Source of the DNA: Anthoceros angustus
Lineage: Eukaryota; Plantae; Anthocerotophyta
Length of the DNA: 64,000 nt
NCBI GenBank assembly: GCA_010909165.1
Contig: MU008158.1
Coordinates: 1,265,478-1,329,477 of the forward strand
Reading direction: 5' to 3'
The notes below the pieces were generated by a model that did no database searches, was not told the origin of the DNA, and was given only the letters and a program-made list of their open reading frames with translations. A program made the position numbers and the translations under genes. Each line of letters starts with the position of its first letter. Within the stretch, counting starts at the first letter, position 1. This document shows positions 1 to 12,516 of the stretch, one piece after another.

Positions 1-38
1 TACTGGGGATTGGGGACAAAATGACCCCAGTCTTTACC

Positions 39-332
39 GGATATACGGAGTGTGAGTTCGTATTGCGAACCCCAAAAGGCCGGCCAAAGAGCCCTGCCTA
101 GAGGGACTGCAACCCACATAACCACTGCCGACCCACCAAACTAGCGCCCGCACCTGCAACTCGCAACCAAAAGCTGGGGTAGGAAATTCATCAGCTACCG
201 AAAAGAAACTCAACAAAATCCTCTCTGAGTCACGTCGCCAGCCCGTATGTACCTTAGTGTCTTCCCCTTGATACTTAAATCCTCCATGAGCGACCGAACA
301 CCTTTCACCTTTCTACCTTGTTTCATCAGTGC
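39..332 (-). CDS. Possible first two exons of an unidentified gene running off the left edge
   Basis: ATG near 332 gives MALMKQGRKVKGVRSLMEDLSIKGKTLR, then an AG|GTACAT donor near 252. A phase-compatible acceptor near 100 gives QGSLAGLLGFAIRTHTPYIR, then a GTAAAG donor. No family recognised. Confidence 0.25.
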
Positions 333-520
333 CATTACTCAGGACCGGCTTGCGCTGACCCTGGTAACGGCGCATGCGCATGATCATGTACAGTCTGTAA
401 GAATGTTTCTACCGACTGACCCATCCCGGGCATTTCTTGTAAACTAGGACTTGAAAACAGAAAATGGAGTGAAGTTGGCACGCTGTTGAGAGTCATCTTG
501 AACCCCCAACTACGGCATGG

Positions 521-715
521 ACATGGAAGCATTTCAATCTAGTTATCCGGCGTACAAAATAATAGCCAGAGCACAGCTAGCAAGCAAACAGGAGAATTCA
601 AAGCAGGGAAATAGAATAGAAGCTTCGCCATCCGGTTATCTGGCGTACAAAACAAGAGCCAGAGCACAGCCAGCAAGCAGGAGTTGGACATGGAATTCAA
701 AGGGATGGAAAGGAG
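521..715. repeat. Two imperfect ~92-bp direct repeats downstream of the BAC2-like gene
   Basis: gttatc(c/t)ggcgtacaaaa..a.agccagagcacagc.agcaagca occurs at ~542 and ~635. Confidence 0.6.
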
Positions 716-750
716 AGTGATTCACTGCAGCCGGGGCGCGAAAGCATGCG

Positions 751-1858
751 TCACATGAAGGCGCCTTCCAGCTTCTCGCATTTCTCCCGCGTCGGAATGG
801 CAACTGGAGCCTTGAGGATGGTGGGAGCTGGCGGCGCCTGTGCTAGCAAGCGCAATCCCAGCTCGTAAGCAGAGAAAATAGCAGCATTCACAAGGTAGGC
901 TCGCGCCACGGCCGTCCCTAGCCCTCGGAAAAGAACCGAGTACCCTTCCTCCCGCACGCTCTTCGCGGCGCAGTCCAGAGTGCCTGCATATCGGAGAATG
1001 GCAGGAGTCTGGCCCTGTATCCTGGACTTGATCACGTCCAGCGGGTAGCAGCACACCCAGCTCAACACTCCCGCAATGCCGCCCGCGTTCAGCACCGTCA
1101 TCAGGCTCTCCTTCCCCTCCTTCCTGCACCCCGGCGACAACGTATCGCAGATGTAATCGTACGTGACGAAGTAGACGGCGTGGCTGGGAGCGTCCCGCAA
1201 CAGAGTGATGGTGAAGCCGCGGTACAATCCCCGCAATCCTTCCACCCGCACAATGCTCTGCGCAAGCGCAAGCGAACCCCGTCGAGAATTTTCTGCCAGC
1301 CTGAAGCCGGTGGACAATCTTGAATCTACTTGGAGCTGCCGCCGAATTTTCATCAGATCCACCGGCGTCAGCACCGTGGTCTGAAACGCCCCCGCCCCGG
1401 CCCCGGCCAGGGCTACCTTAGCGTACGGCAATGGCTCGTCTGATCCCGGGTTCGAGAGCGCGTCCTTGAGAAGTGCGTATGCTTGGAAGGTGACCGCATT
1501 CTGCAGTTACATAACACAGCCATTAGCCGCGCTTCTCAACCCTGCAACCTGAAGAATTTAGTTGCATGGCTATAGCTGGTGGATATTTTTTCACCTGGAT
1601 AGCAATGGAAGCGAGGGGCGTGCCCATGCCCTTGAACAGGGCGAAGCTGCCTTCGGACGCCACCATTTTTCGCGCCACGGCCATGGCGGAAACAGCCTCA
1701 GGCGCAGCGAAGCGCTGTGGCTTCTGCAACCGGATCCTCACCGTGTCCAAGGGATGGCCGCACACAACGCCTGCCACTCCCCCCATGGCGCCAGCAAGAA
1801 ACTCCTTCCCCCATGCTCCCAACACGAATCCCCCCTCCTTCTCCTTTCTGGACTCCAT
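751..1858 (-). CDS. BAC2: Mitochondrial carrier (SLC25), basic amino acid/arginine carrier BAC2-like; exons 1858-1595 and 1500-751
   Basis: Three MCF signatures (HPLDTVRIRLQ, TPVDLMKIRRQ, YPLDVIKSRIQ); WGKEFLAG N-terminus and LLRDAPSHAVYF typical of plant BAC2; canonical phase-0 GT-AG intron 1594-1501. Confidence 0.9.
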
Positions 1859-3252
1859 GATCTCCGAGTTCTGGTATAATGCAGGGTGAAGGCTGTCGAG
1901 GAACGTCCGACACAGGCCTAGCATTTGTCAGGTCTGCTCTGGACTGCGACAATGCAGAGTCTGGGGCGGGGAGGGGATCCGGAGCTGAGGCCTCGATGGA
2001 TCGCCAGCCTTACCAGATGCAAATCAATGCAGTGCTTCGAAGATTCACGAAGTTGTAGAGCTGGAGCTAGGAGTGGGCTGTGATGTAGGTCGGATTCGAG
2101 GCGAGGTGGAAGTGAGCGCGACAGCTAAGACATGTGAGGCATGTACTGAAGCTGAAGCAGAAGCAGAAGCTTGTGGCAGGTTCAGATCGGCGGGGGTTTA
2201 AAACCAGGGGGACAGGAGAAGGGAAGGCATGCAAGACAGGAAGGCCAAGCCCTGGAGGTCTGGGGGAAACGCGATGCAGCACGTGCCGCCGGTTTCGAGC
2301 CATGGCGAGGCCATCTAAGGCAAGGGGGGCCGCATCTCGCCCAAGCAGTTTTTAGCGCGGATAGAGGCTGGCTCACAGATATTGTAAGCAGTCACAGGAT
2401 TGTCGGATTGGTATCGTCTGGGGAGGATTATCAGAATCATCAGCGCTGCGTTCTAGCATATCCTTCCCAGCCGTTGTCATCAGCCTTACGGTGCATAAGC
2501 GGAGCTGAATCGGGATGAGATGAAGGCCAGAGCGAGGCCTGCCGGGGGCCTCAGCGAGGGCTGCATTCCGTCTATCACCACTGCCGCCTTACTAAGGTGC
2601 AAGCTAACTAATCCACTTGCCTGCTTTGCTCTGCGGCCGTGTCAAAGGAGACCTCCTTCATCCAGCTGCTGCTGTGTTAACGACTTCAGTTTGTTATAAC
2701 ATGCCAGCACTGTTCCATGCTCTGCAATCCGTCATGCTAGACATTTCCGCCCCTGGAACAGCACCTTTTACACTTGTGTGCTACAATAATGTTGGTCAGA
2801 TATGATATGTGGGGGATATGTCTATATCTCTCAGATCCGCCACTTTCAGCAAGTACTTTCAGCAGGTACCATGATAGTACTATACCGTCTCAAGTGCTGC
2901 TTGAAGTGCCGCCGTTTACTGCAAGAGGGGAGTCGGACAGAATTCGGCCTTTCGGAGAGTTAGTGGATGCAGCTCCATTTCGTAGGCCTACAGAAAAAGC
3001 TGCCGGAGGAGGTTGAGCTTTCCAGGTCACCATTGAATGTCAGGTGATGGAACGGTTGTACTCAAACTGAAAACAGGTACTGCATTTGCCTGCCTGTCCA
3101 ACGCCCCAAGTTATTATCATTTCAAAAAGAATGCTTGTCCAGTTGTTTGCTCACGTGATCTCTACAAACATGGTATTGAAAGAATCTCGGATAAAAATAC
3201 AATCAGTGGCACTTCCTGGAATACCCGCTACTACCACTCCGGGAAAATCGCA

Positions 3253-6200
3253 TCATTCATAAACTATCTGGATGGGCGGCCTTTCCGTGACATCCGCGAA
3301 GAGCCAAGGTGGAAGGACCGCAAGGCCGTCATAAACCTGCTTGATCTGTTTCTCTGTGGGGAATTTCATCTCCCCTCGACATATGGCCGCCTGAACCCTC
3401 TCGATCAAAGCATTGACAGTGGTTTTAGCTTTGGAGGACCGACCTGAGAGAAGTCTGGAACTCAACTCTGATCGGAAATGGATGAGCCCTCCGGTGAGCG
3501 CGTACACGTAGTCCTGGGTCAGAGACCATCCAGACCACTGCCCACTGCTCACCAGTCTTTCGATTTCGGCTACTAGTAATTCCCCATGAGGCAAAGAGTC
3601 CCTCCTGCTGTACCAGTCCATCTTCACATCGTAGTACAAGCCGAGCCCAATGACCTGCAAGGTGAGCCACAATCTTTAGCTTCCACAGGGAAGGCTCATT
3701 TCCTCCCGGATTAGACACATGGGTTTGGGTTCCAACGGCTTACCTGGATGAACGAAACGTTGGATGTGAAATATAGTGGTAGCTGCCCAGGAGGGTAGGA
3801 GTGAAAATGAGCCAAGACCCGCAACTTGAACTTGATAGGCAAGTACACAAGCATTGCAGAGATTGCAAAACCAAATGGTGACCACAGGGGAATGGGAGAC
3901 CAAAGGTGTTGAGTTGCTGGTCTCTCCGTGTTGCTCCTGCTCAGTGCAGGCGACCATCTCTCAAAACCGAACACATCCTCAGAGACCTCCTCCTTGACTT
4001 CCGTAGATGGTTCAGGGAAGAACCCTGATGGAATAGAAACAGCTTCGATGGGAGCAGCTCTTAACCGAAACATGGCTGGCAGTATTTCCCTGTATGCCCG
4101 GAGCTTCACAAGGGCACTCCCACGCTTCATGGAAGGGGAGACCACAAAATTGAATTGATTTTGATTCTGCGCATTCAGCTGATCCTGGAACTGGAGAGCT
4201 TGAGTGGCGGCTCTTCTGGCGGCCCTGTCTTCTGAGTCTCCGAAGCAAGAGACTCTGAATCTCGATGTCTTAACAACCTTGGTTGTTGCCAAGCTTTCCC
4301 AGTTAATCATATGCCGACTGACATCCTTTGGGTATGGACCCATTACAATAGCTGGTCACGTCAACAAACGACCTTCCTGAGTTTAGCGACACTCAAAGAC
4401 AAAAATGGATGACATCAGAACTGCAAACGCTGAAAAACGGCCGAAATCGGCACGGCTTACCTCCGGCATTCTCTGCTGAAGCTGGACCACCTAGTGTATG
4501 AACATGCCACGGTAAGACCATCCTTATCCAATGTAAGAGGCCATGGTCTTGGGGAACATGAGGCAATATTACTACGTTATGACCTCCTAGCCAAGCGACC
4601 TCTGATGGAGCAAATGTACAATGCCATGTAACATCCCAGCAGACGTGTTCCAATCCTAATATGGCTAATACGTATTTCCAAGCGACATACTCCTTTGGCT
4701 TCAGCTGGGAATCTGTTATGAAAACCGCCTCCTTGGCCTTCTCATATACAGGAACCACACGCGACTCAAGATGTCTGCAAGTTGCACAGCAAGTCACCAA
4801 CTGGAAACAGAAGTAGAAAATTGGGAGCCGCACAGCTAAAGTAGCACGAGTCTCACCGATATTCTACACTCTGGCCTCCTAGCAGGAGATGAACTTGGAC
4901 ACTCGTCAAAGAATAGGCCAGAGTATCATCGTTGATGTGACAAGATATTCCCAAGATACAATCTTCACTTGGAGCAATATATTCCGCATCTTTCGTCCAG
5001 GAGCACTCCACTCTCCGACCATCTTCCAGTTCAACAAACATCAAAACCATCACCGTGACAGCGCCCAGCGACCTGATAGATATACTGTGAGTCAAACTAA
5101 AATACACTGCGGGTAAAGGAGAATGCAATACATTCTACGGAGAGGACAAGTTAGAGACATGTTACTGCTGCTCCCGTAGACTCCTGCCGAGATGTTTCGC
5201 AACCTGACTTTAGCGACCACCACGTCTCCCTTTCTGACAGTGTGTGGAAGCTCGACATCTCCAACGATCTGCACTGGATATCGCAACGGTATCTGCATGT
5301 GTCCAAACACCTCAGCGTTCAGTTGAAAAAATCTTAATGAGAACACCCTGTATCCGACGGGCTAGCACTTTTCAAACAGTTCACATTTGCCTCAATACAA
5401 AATACAAAGCCCCAAACATCATGAATGAATTTGCACAAGCCCACTTGCCTCAAGCAGATTATCTGAAGACCGGAATGGCCGCCCCAGCAGGTCGACACAT
5501 GGGACTACTGCGGTGGTGGCGTTGAAACATGACCCTCCAACGGGGGAAGCAAGTGCGGTAACCCGCATGCGAAATACCCTCTTGCTTTTGTGAGTTCTAT
5601 GAGGCCGTATAGCTGGGAGCGTTTCGATGGGATTCTTATCGATAGAAAAGAGCACTGCCGTCTCCTGAAAGAAAAGACGACTGCCTGCAGGAAGAGTTAT
5701 TCCACCAGTGTTACAAACCTCCACCTGTAGGGATAGGACACTGTGTCAGAACCTTTGAAACATGCATGACCATCAAGTTTGATGCCCATCCAGCGGGGCA
5801 GTTGCAGCAACGACGATCATGGGGACACAAACCTGGTCAATTAGAACTTCCCCACCAGGTCGTATCACGCCATCTTTAGAAGATGATTGGACTCGAAAAT
5901 GAGTTACCACGCAGTTGTAACGATCCTTTCCTCTCTCCAGTACTTCCCCATCATGAGACTTGACAATCCAAGTGACCTGTATTCCCACCACCCAAATGTA
6001 ATTCTTACCCTTACACAGGACCACCAAGCAGAGCTGACATGTAGCCGATTGACATGACCGCATGCCACCAGGGAAGAACACAATCTCTGACATCCAGATC
6101 CAGGAGCCTCACCTGCCCAGGCCGTGCTTCCTTGCCGGCGTCTGCAGGCAGCCCAGGCGACCCCATGAGAGCTGGAGGAGAACCTGCTGCACCCATTTTC

Positions 6201-7920
6201 CCCAGCCTTCCTCGGGTGCCACTGTAGCACGTATAGTGTTTTGTCTTACGTGATTTTCTCAAATAGAGCTTGTCCCAACCTGGCCCGCCTATACCTGGAG
6301 GGCCAGGACCACCTGCCTTACCAGACTCACCTCCTGCGCCACCCATTCCTGACGAAACAGGCAGACACACTCAGTTCACGTGCCAAGTAGCACATGCTAC
6401 TCGAAAACAGAGCAGAAGACACGGACTTAGCATCTTGAATATCCTTTGAAGTTCAAGAAGACCAGGCCTCAGAAGGCCTAATCACGTTCTATGGCAAAAC
6501 TATGTACAATGAAGGACACCAAGCAGGTCACCCCACGCTGTCAGATGGAAAGAGAGTGTGAACCTGCATTCAATACCAGGTATTCCTGCTTCTCCAGGGA
6601 GCCCACGTCGTACATCAACCTCTACAAGCATGAGCAGCGTAGGATCTGTAGTTTGGACCACAACGCGGCCTCCTGCACCTGCATTCCCTCCCTTGCCTGC
6701 AGAACCACCGTCACCACCAGCTCCACCTGGCATTCCATTGCCACCGGCACCACCATCCCCTCCATTTTCGCCATTCATCCCAGGCTTCAGCCCCTTCTTT
6801 CCATCTCCTCCCTTGCCTCCTGAACCACCAGCGCCACCCCTGCCACCGTTGCCACCATTTCCACCATTGCCACCACGACCCCCACGTCCTCCACTGGCTC
6901 GAATCACAATATATCTCCCTGGCTCCAAAGATACATGTCCGGGCTTATCCTCTGTAGCCTCGACAGGCCTGTGCAGGGAAAAACGGAACAATTACCACAA
7001 AATGAGTTGTTTAGCATCAGGCAATGCTAATGCCCAAGAATGAATTCCACCTAAGCAACGGAGCTCACCCATTCACTCCGGAATCTCCAGAAGAAGGACG
7101 CTGCAACTGCAGGGGAAGCCTTAAAAATCCATTAGGCGTGCTCATAGTATCAGCATTGTGAGGTTGGTTAGGATCCAATGTCTGGAGAACAGGAGTTGCC
7201 GGCAACTCCATAAATCCAGCAACCCGCACGGAAAGTGAATCAGGGCTGGAAAGTTCGACATGGAAATTCGCACCCCGTCCACCACTTGTTCCATTCCCGC
7301 CCTTCTGCCCTTTCTTGCCTGCCATACCAGGCTTACCATCCTTGCCATCCCCGCCAGGTTTCCCAGGCCTTGCAGGCCCATACCCAGCCTGGTCGGAGCA
7401 GACAAGTCAGATCGCAGCACCGGATGACAGGTACGATGGGCTACACAAGTCACGTTCACTAACCTTTCCAGGAGCACCATGTTCACCGTCTTTACCCGGG
7501 GCCCCATGGTTCCCATGAACACCATCTACTCCTGGTTGGCCACTGCCATCAACGAGTATGTCGATGGGGCACGACAGGGCCCGCAGTCCTTGAGAGTGTA
7601 CATCGCTGAGGGCACCGGCATCATCCAGCTGAAATATCATTCCTTCCCCGGAAACTCCTTCATCAAGAGAGGGTTGCGCCTGCACATCTGCAAAGCCGAC
7701 ATTTTCTTTCAGTCACGGCAGACGCGAAGGTACTCAACTCACTCTGCCTAACATGGGCACGAAGCGAAGCATCCGCACGCGCACCAGAGCGTCCGAACAA
7801 TTCCGCACTGTGCGAAGCCTCCTTGACCCCGGCCAAGCGAACCCGTTCCGGGCTCTCGGAGCTGCGGGCCTGGAAGCGCAGGAGCCCCCTAGACTTGGCC
7901 AGCCCCCCAGCGATGCTCAT
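3253..7920 (-). CDS. Multi-exon ~1200-aa protein: Gly-rich (PGRS/collagen-like) N-half plus globular C-half, resembling a fungal/protist uncharacterised family (DUF7932-like, recalled from memory)
   Basis: Approximate exons: 7920-7753, 7679-7464, 7388-7070, 6968-6577, 6348-6113, 5976-5833, 5724-5449 (GC donor), 5292-5131, 5086-4855, 4774-4460, 4376-3744, 3654-3253; the junctions I checked are phase-compatible. Motifs: IRASGGRGGRGGNGG, GRVVVQTTDPTLLMLVEVDVRRG, DRYNCVVTHFRV..DGVIRPGGEVLIDQVEVCNTGG, IPLRYPVQI..VRKGD..LRNIS. Confidence 0.75.
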
Positions 7921-10643
7921 ACTTGGAGCAGGAGGAGAAAATCCCAAATCGTGTCATCCGCACCCGCAGTCTCAAACAGTCTTGGGTGCGCTGGATCTGG
8001 GCTCCCCGGCTCCCGCTCTGCTGCCCCGGCTCTGCTTTCCACACAGCAGCAGAGAAGAGCCGACAGCTACCCTTGCTCCCGTTCCCGGCAGCAAGCATGG
8101 TGGGACGCCTTCCAGGTCTCCGATGCAGGACCTCGGTCAGCTCCCATGAACCATCCAGCTGAAATTCAGTGTCGACGAGAAGATAGAGGCCATCCCAGCA
8201 TCAAGCCCAGCGTGTGCGTGTGCGTGTGCGTGCACGCTCGGTGGCGAGCCGGTCGATAATCCGCGCAGCGAAGCCGGGATACGGCGCCTGCAAATTCCGC
8301 AGATCCCGGGACCGTGGGCAGAGGAAGGAATTTTGGATCAGGAAGAACGAGCGAGTGAATACGCTGTGGAGAGAAGCGTGACCTGTTTCCGGAATAAAAG
8401 ACAGATTAGCCGGGGTGTGGGGGGTGGGGGGGCCAAGGTTAGAGAGAGTCCAGCCCAGTTCCGGATCCGGCTCCGGCTCCGGCTCCAGCTCCAGCTGGGT
8501 TCCAGGCAAGGTCCGGAAGCTGGGGTTGGTGATGACTGGCACATGCTCGGGAATCTGCACGAGCCCACAGCTGGTAGGAGCTCAGACCAGGACACGGTGT
8601 GCAAACGATGAGCAAATTGCGAATCGCGAGAGAGAGAAAGCGAGGGTGGAGCAAGTGGTGGCAGGACTGTTGACTTGTGTCCTCTCTGTGCCCTATGGCC
8701 AGATTCCAATGCCAGCCTATCCGTCCCTTGCGCCTTGTTTATGTAGGACAACATTGCCCGTTCTGCCACCAACTGCTGTCCAGGCTCTCCAGGGCGAACC
8801 TTCCGTCAGGCCACTAATAGCCTCCTACCGTTTACATACAACCGGCAAGACACGATTACAACCACAAATCACGTCTTCACCGATTCAAAAAAATTTAAAT
8901 TGCCGGCCGGCGCTTGTGTCAGTCGCATTTTTATCATTCCGGCCTCTTCTGTGTTATTATCGAGTTTTACCTCGTCGAGTATTTAGCGGCCTTTCCTTTT
9001 CGTGATGGCGACTGAGCGATACATGGTAATAATAATAATAATAATATGTAGATTTAACATGTTGCACGCTGTGAAAAGGACATGGCATCTTACTTGTATG
9101 GAGCTCTTTTTCAGCTTTCTGCTTTCCCGGCTACCGGCTACCCGCTGAAAGGATTTTAAAGAGGGCCTTGATGGCTGTAAGGACTCTCTCCTTTAGCCTA
9201 CTTTTCGCTGTCCACCTGGTATGGGCCCTTGATGATGGATGGACACATGTCCTCCCGAAGGATGAAAGCTGGAGAGCCTTAGCTGCCTCTGGATTCAGGA
9301 AGAGGCCACCGCTACACCAGAGAGGCAGGACCCGTTGGATTTCACATTGGGCATGTGTGCAAATTGAAGCCAAAGTAAGAATGACGTTGAGCTAAAAAAA
9401 GATTGTGCGTAATCACCCACAGGCCAGGGATTTTTGCATTACCTCAGTAGAAGAACTTGACAGCTGATCAGAGAAGAATGCTTTCACTCCTCTTCACCAA
9501 GGCAAAGAGGATGAGACCTTCACTGAAAACTGCGGACAAGCTGCTCACAACGGAACCCAGATGGGATGAAAGTTATACAGCAATCATCAAAGCCTCTCCA
9601 CGATCCAGGTGATGCCATTACATGAAATGCAATCCTTCCAATTATTCCGTCACTTCAAAAATGAAAATACCACTGCTCTACTTCATCAGATGATGATGAC
9701 TTGGTGGTCACATCACCATATGAGAATTGAATGCAATCTGGAACAATACACTTTGCAATAGCCAGATATTCTCAATAACACAGGAAAGCCACCAAGCCAA
9801 CACCACTTTCATTCACCCTTGTCAGAGGTATGCACAGTCGTCCATCGCTACCACAAATAAATTGCTCAAACTTTGGCAATATCCCCATGGATCCCTCAAC
9901 TGTACAATTCAGCCTCAGCTGGAAACCCACATGAAGCAGATGGATGGCAGAAGCAGAACAGAAGCGCCAAGGGTCAGTGGAGGTCTTGCTCCAAAAGGTG
10001 ATGCCACAACGTCACTCCATATGCACCCTTCTTTGCTGTTGATGACTGCACAACTTCATGCATACATAGCAGAGTGGATTGTTGCATTAAGAAGATAAAA
10101 CAGTCCATACAAAACAAACATCATCCACTTCCCAACACAGCATTTCCAGCACCCCTACGCTCTAAACACCCTCTTTGAAAGTAGCCTCTATGAAAACCAA
10201 TGCTCACTATGCTTCTGCAATGAGTACATGCATCTCCTTAGATGAGCCCAATTTAACATAAGAGGATTCCAACGATTTCCTACACCTGCTAAGATCACAA
10301 TGGCCCCTAGATACCACACCCCACCCACACTGGAAAGATCCGCACACTGTCAGAAAATTTAGTCAGCATCCTCATCTGCACTCAAGAAAACTAGCAACAC
10401 AACTCAACACCATCTCACAATGGCTTGTTCTAGACCATCACTATGCTCCCATTATCCCAGCCCCTCCCTCCTAACTCTCTTTCAGACCCAATGTCCTGTA
10501 AGATTTTGGAAAGCCTCCTCGTACCAGCTAGTAGCTCCAAACCTTTGGCTGGGTTAGCCTGCGTGCCAGTTCCGCACTATACAACCACAGCTGGCCAGCC
10601 CGCCCCTGTCTCTTCACTTGCAACATGCACCATTCTCTCACAT

Positions 10644-12485
10644 TTAATATCGAGGCCTTTTGCTGTATTCATAGACTGCTGCTGATACAGTTGCTCCCTG
10701 ATGTGGTTGGTGGTATGTCCCTGCGGATTGTTGGAGGTGATAACTGGAAGAAGGCTGCTGCTGGTAGACACCAGCATCCGCCGGTTGCTGGTAGGCAACA
10801 GCATCTGCAGGTTGCTGGTAGACAACAGCATCTGCAGTTTGCTGGTAGCCACCTGACAGGGTCTGATGCTGATATACTGCTGGTATTGCAGCTTGTTGAA
10901 AGCTGCTACCCGTGCTAGCATTTTGATGCTGGTATACTGTGTCAGATGCAGCTGCATGGTGCTGATAAGTTGCTGTATTCGAACCAGCTTGCTGATTGTA
11001 GGTGTAAGCACTTTGCTGGCATTGGAAAGCATGCTTGAAATAAGCAAATTAGTGAAATAAACTTACCACTGACAGACAAACAGAAAGAACTTGACCAACT
11101 CATTACCATGGTTTGAGATCCATACTCCATCTGATCGGCTGACCGCTTCTGCCCCACATCTGACCCAGTGGATTGCTGCAAGTTCTGTCGGCAGTTTAGT
11201 AAATAGTTCCATGTGCCAAAAAGGCCACAAAGAAACCTTACAGGTTATAAATAAGTTCTGTCACAGCTGGCAAAGGGACCTGATAGTAGCCAGATGCCAA
11301 AGTGACTGCGCTATTCTGGTGTGATTGTTGGCTAAAACTCCCCTGCTCATGATATGCATTATTGACAGCCTCAGTCTGTTAGAACGCCAGTCCACTTGTC
11401 AAGAAATGCCAATCCAGGACATTTTTCATACGGCAGAGGTAAAACCGGAAACAAATTAAACCTGATGAGCAGCTTGTTGTGCTGCATAATATGCTGCCCA
11501 CTGTGCTTCCAATGACTGCTGCTGTTGAGCCACAGGAGATGAAGTTGAAATCTGTGTACCAGGAATGGCTGTAGCCTGCAACAAACACGCGACTCCAAGG
11601 CTTTATGAAGGCTGACGCTGCAGACCTAAGGGATAGAAGGAAAGAATTTACAAGAATGTACCCGATGCTGATAATAGGGAGCATAAGTGAGTGGCTGAGC
11701 TATGTCCGGAGCATAAGCAGACACATTGCTGGTGGAAGCGGCAACAGCAGCCTCTTGATGATGTTGTTGGTGTTGATGTCGCTGTTGATATTGTCGCTGC
11801 TGATTATGGTGTTGTTGTTGTTGCTGCTTTTGCTTTTGCTGTTGTTGCTGCTGCTGCTGCTGCAGTTGCAGCTGCTGTTGTTGCTCTTGCTGCTGCTGCT
11901 GCTGCAGCTGCAGCTGCTGAGCATAAAGATCTACATACTCCTGTTGAGTGCGATGTGTCACTTGTGAGCTTGTGTTCTGTTGTTGCTGCTGACCATATTG
12001 CTGAGTTGCCATCTGACTACCATATGGCTGCTGACTGTATTGTTGATTGTATTGCTGAGCATACTGGTTGTACTGCTGCTGTTGTGCAGTATTTGATGTC
12101 TGCAGTGACCAAGAAGAATATCAATGGTATCAGGTCACTTTCCAGTGCATTTTGCTGCAGGTCAACCTTAAGGGTCAGACGGGATTTGGGTACAACGGGT
12201 AACATGAGACAAATTCCAGCTAAATATTTTCTTCCTTGAACTCGCCAAGATTACCCTAGTTGGATAATAATTAGAGTGACCAACCTGCGGACTCGGTTGT
12301 GTCTGCTGGTGATAGTAGGCTGGCTGTTTCAGAAGAAAGAGAACGTCAGGTAACAAGCTCATGAAAGCTCCCTAAATGGAGAGGTCAACATCAAGGAGAG
12401 GACCTCTGGACGCAAGTCACCTGGTGGTGCTGCTGCTGTTGCGGAAGGGGAGGCGGCGGCGGTGGCTGCTGCTGCTGCTGCTGCG

Positions 12486-12516
<31 letters not shown>

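Noticed and set aside
3037-3447. 136-aa + strand ORF
   Set aside because: It overlaps the last exon of the minus-strand gene in antisense and has no recognisable motif.
6558-7043. Pro-rich extensin-like + strand ORF
   Set aside because: It is the antisense shadow of the Gly-rich exon, which has proper splice sites on the minus strand.
6113-7560. True collagen
   Set aside because: Gly-X-Y runs are short and dominated by GGxGGx; there is no signal peptide or trimerisation domain.
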